A DNA stretch of 53,493 bases from an uncultured Bacilli bacterium (GTDB taxonomy: Bacteria > Bacillota_I > Bacilli_A > RF39 > UBA660): NCBI GenBank assembly GCA_944331805.1, contig CALVIS010000003.1:1-53493 (forward strand), in the 5' to 3' direction. Shown here one piece after another: positions 50,930 through 53,493 of this stretch. Under the pieces are notes generated by a model. That model was not told where the DNA came from, searched no databases, and worked only from the letters and a program-made list of their open reading frames with translations. The stretch's first letter is position 1. Every line of letters begins with the position of its first letter. The position numbers and the translations under genes are program-made.

Positions 50930-51940
50930 TTAACTACTATATGTAGTTTTAATTTTAACTTTTCCTTTAGTAGCTAGAAACTTTAAATATAGTACCACTG
51001 TCTCATTTCCAAGTTTATAACATAGCTGCTTAATCTCATTCGCACTTATCATACCATATTTATCATAAATAACTTCACTCATTTCCTTAAGTGCTTCTTC
51101 TTTTTTTTCTTTAGAAACATTCCATTTATTAATATCAAAAAGTATTGATATAGAACTTGATAATTTTAAAAATCTTATTTCTTTTTTAAATATATTATAT
51201 TTATTTATACTTTTAACATCTTCCTCTAATTTATCTACCACTTTAAAGATATCATATATTTTATCAGTTTTTTTATAAGTTCTAAAAGTTAAGCTTCCAT
51301 AATTATTTATCCTATAAAAATAATTAAAATAAGGTAAGATAACTGATTTGTCTGATTTCATAAGCATATAATGACTAAATGCTACATCTTCAAATAAAGT
51401 ATTTTCTAAAAAACGATAGTTGCCTATAAACTCTCTTTTAAATAATTTATTACAAGAAGAGGGACTTTCATTAATAACTTGTTCTTTACCACTAGCATTT
51501 GTAGGATTATATACTATTGGTTCACTTCTTAATACTACGTCATTTTTTAAATCTATATCATCCATTACATAAAGAAGCAGTACAGATACTAAAGGTGCAC
51601 TATTATTAACAGCAGCCTTATACATATCCTCATACATAGTATATCTAATATAATCATCACTATCAACAAAACCAATATATTCTCCTCTTGCAATATCAAG
51701 TCCTCTATTTCTAGATGCTCCTTGTCCTAAATTCTCTCTATTATGATAAACCTTAATATTATGATACTTCTTAGCATAATCCATTAAAATAAGTAGACTA
51801 TTATCAGTAGAACAATCATCTACAGCAATTATTTCTATATCTTTAAGTGTCTGATTAACTAAAGAATCAAGACAAGTCTTTAAATATTTTCCACTATTAT
51901 AAACTGGTACAATTATACTAACTTTTGGCAAAATAACCAC
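50930..51940 (-). CDS. Glycosyltransferase family 2
   Basis: VSIIVPVYN, VDDCSTD, GQGASRNRGL, GFVDSDD, FEDV; real start probably the TTG of LPKV. Confidence 0.92.
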   Translation of the reverse strand: MVILPKVSIIVPVYNSGKYLKTCLDSLVNQTLKDIEIIAVDDCSTDNSLLILMDYAKKYHNIKVYHNRENLGQGASRNRGLDIARGEYIGFVDSDDYIRYTMYEDMYKAAVNNSAPLVSVLLLYVMDDIDLKNDVVLRSEPIVYNPTNASGKEQVINESPSSCNKLFKREFIGNYRFLENTLFEDVAFSHYMLMKSDKSVILPYFNYFYRINNYGSLTFRTYKKTDKIYDIFKVVDKLEEDVKSINKYNIFKKEIRFLKLSSSISILFDINKWNVSKEKKEEALKEMSEVIYDKYGMISANEIKQLCYKLGNETVVLYLKFLATKGKVKIKTTYSS

Positions 51941-52112
51941 TTCCTTTCAAATTTTTCTTAATTAATTATTCTTTTTATTAAGGACAGAATAACTGCAAAG
52001 TCTTTTAAATTTTTTCATAATAAAAAGTACTAAATAATTAGTACCAAAATATTTAATAATTCCTTTCATTTCTATTATATAAACTTTTTCTAATTTTTTT
52101 TCGCATATTTAT

Positions 52113-53120
52113 CTAATTTTTTAAAGATTTTATTTTTTCTTTTTCATTATCCAAGTAATTAGTATATTCATCACAAATATTAATACCACATTTTGATTGT
52201 AATAATGTAATATCAACACTATCTAAATTACCATATTTTTCTTCTATTAAATGAAACATTTTATCTTTAACTAATATTTTCTTCTCTTCATCTAAATCCC
52301 AATTATTTACTTCTTCTACTCTAATAAGGGAATAAGCAAGTTGTATAAGTTTTATCTCATCTTTAAATATCTCATATCTAGAACTATTTTTCATATCAAA
52401 ATCTAATCTATCTAATACTTTAAATATATCAGTTATATGACTATTTTCTCTATAATTTATAGAAGATACTCCTCTATTTATATCTCTTCTATAGAAATAA
52501 TTAATACTTGGAATAGTTACAACTTTAAATGCTTCCATATATTTTGTATAACTAAAAGGAATATCTTCAAATAAAGAATCTTCTACAAAATAAAAGTCTT
52601 TTAAAGTATCTCTTCTAAAAATCTTATTACAAACAGTAGGACTCTCAGAGATAACAAAAGACCTATCTTGGATAGGATTAATTATCTTTTCTTTACCTCT
52701 TGCTAAAAACTCTAAATCTATATTTGCATAACTATCATCTTTTACAAATATTATCTCAGTAGTAACAAGTTCTGGATAGTTATTGTTAACGAGAGCCTTA
52801 TACATATCCTCGTACATTGTACTTCTAACATAATCATCACTATCTACAAAGCCAATATACTCACCAGTTGCAAGCTTTAATCCTCTATTTCTAGAGGCAC
52901 CTTGACCTATATTTTTTTCATTATGGTAAACTTTTATATTAGGATATTTCCGAGCATAATCAAGTAAAATATTTAAACTATTATCGGTAGAGTTATCATC
53001 AATTGTAATTATTTCTATATCATCAAGAGTCTGTTTTACTAAACTATCAAGACAAGTAGAAACATACTCTTCTTCATTATAAACAGGTACTATTATACTT
53101 ATTTTAGGCAAAGTTATCAC
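52113..53120 (-). CDS. Glycosyltransferase family 2 (paralog)
   Basis: ISIIVPVYN, IDDNSTD, GQGASRNRGL, GFVDSDD, FEDI. Confidence 0.92.
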   Translation of the reverse strand: MITLPKISIIVPVYNEEEYVSTCLDSLVKQTLDDIEIITIDDNSTDNSLNILLDYARKYPNIKVYHNEKNIGQGASRNRGLKLATGEYIGFVDSDDYVRSTMYEDMYKALVNNNYPELVTTEIIFVKDDSYANIDLEFLARGKEKIINPIQDRSFVISESPTVCNKIFRRDTLKDFYFVEDSLFEDIPFSYTKYMEAFKVVTIPSINYFYRRDINRGVSSINYRENSHITDIFKVLDRLDFDMKNSSRYEIFKDEIKLIQLAYSLIRVEEVNNWDLDEEKKILVKDKMFHLIEEKYGNLDSVDITLLQSKCGINICDEYTNYLDNEKEKIKSLKN

Positions 53121-53260
53121 TCCTTTACAGTTATTAATATATAATACATCTAAAATTAGATATTATAAAGTAATTTATTTAGAAACAGCAAAAAAGAGTA
53201 AATTTCTTCGCAAAGAAAATCTGATATAATTATTACTACAGAATAAGAAAGGATGTAGTA

Positions 53261-53493
53261 ATGAAAAAAAGAAGTAAAAAGGAAGAGGAAAAATTACAGG
53301 AAGAAATAAAGAAATATGCAAATGAACCAAGAAGTGTAAGAAGAAAAAAAGAAAGAGAATTAAAGAAAGAATATAAAGATAAATCTATTACAATTAAATC
53401 AGGTAAGAAATTCAAGAAAACTAAAGAACCTCTTACTAGAAAACAAAGAAGAGAACTTTTAAAAGATAAAAATCTATTAAAGGAAGTTTTAAA
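53261..53493 (+). CDS. Partial Lys/Arg-rich ORF running off the window end, possibly a transposase N-terminus
   Basis: AGAAAGGA RBS, ATG 53261, TGaTATAAT upstream, open to the end (MKKRSKKEEEKLQ...TRKQRRELLKDKNLLKEVL); product call is weak. Confidence 0.45.
   Translation, partial: MKKRSKKEEEKLQEEIKKYANEPRSVRRKKERELKKEYKDKSITIKSGKKFKKTKEPLTRKQRRELLKDKNLLKEVL

Noticed and set aside
51962-52018. 18-codon ORF MKKFKRLCSYSVLNKKNN between the GT2 genes
   Set aside because: No RBS at a suitable distance; expected by chance in AT-rich DNA

Overview
Very AT-rich window that looks like a low-GC Bacillota/Bacilli-type chromosome (sigma-A promoters, GGAGG RBSs, T-boxes, CIRCE); nearly all genes are on the minus strand. 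Positions ~2-38.4 kb form a defence and mobility island next to a tRNA-His gene. It holds a complete Wadjet/JetABCD (TIGR02677-80-type) operon followed by a SEC-C protein, a fused GmrSD type IV restriction enzyme, and a complete type 1 BREX operon (brxA-B-C-pglX-pglZ-brxL) with five inserted accessory genes (a Zn-ribbon + helical pair, an ApeA-like HEPN, and a tandem HEPN/HEPN-like pair). It also holds a Fic protein, a Clp-fold SDH protease followed by an unannotated 56-aa ORF and a probable ~110-nt sRNA, a YunG-UDG fusion, and a large serine recombinase module with an oriT-like site but no relaxase. To the right are CIRCE-controlled hsp20, housekeeping-like genes, and a Schlafen/AlbA ATPase gene bracketed by repeated ATCAAATAA boxes and palindromic cores. 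Next come two evolutionarily distinct valyl-tRNA synthetases in tandem, each behind its own Val(GUA) T-box; the upstream T-box appears to sequester the RBS of a gene that starts at ATT. The window ends with two GT2 paralogs and a partial ORF at the edge. All family calls come from motif recognition, not database searches.
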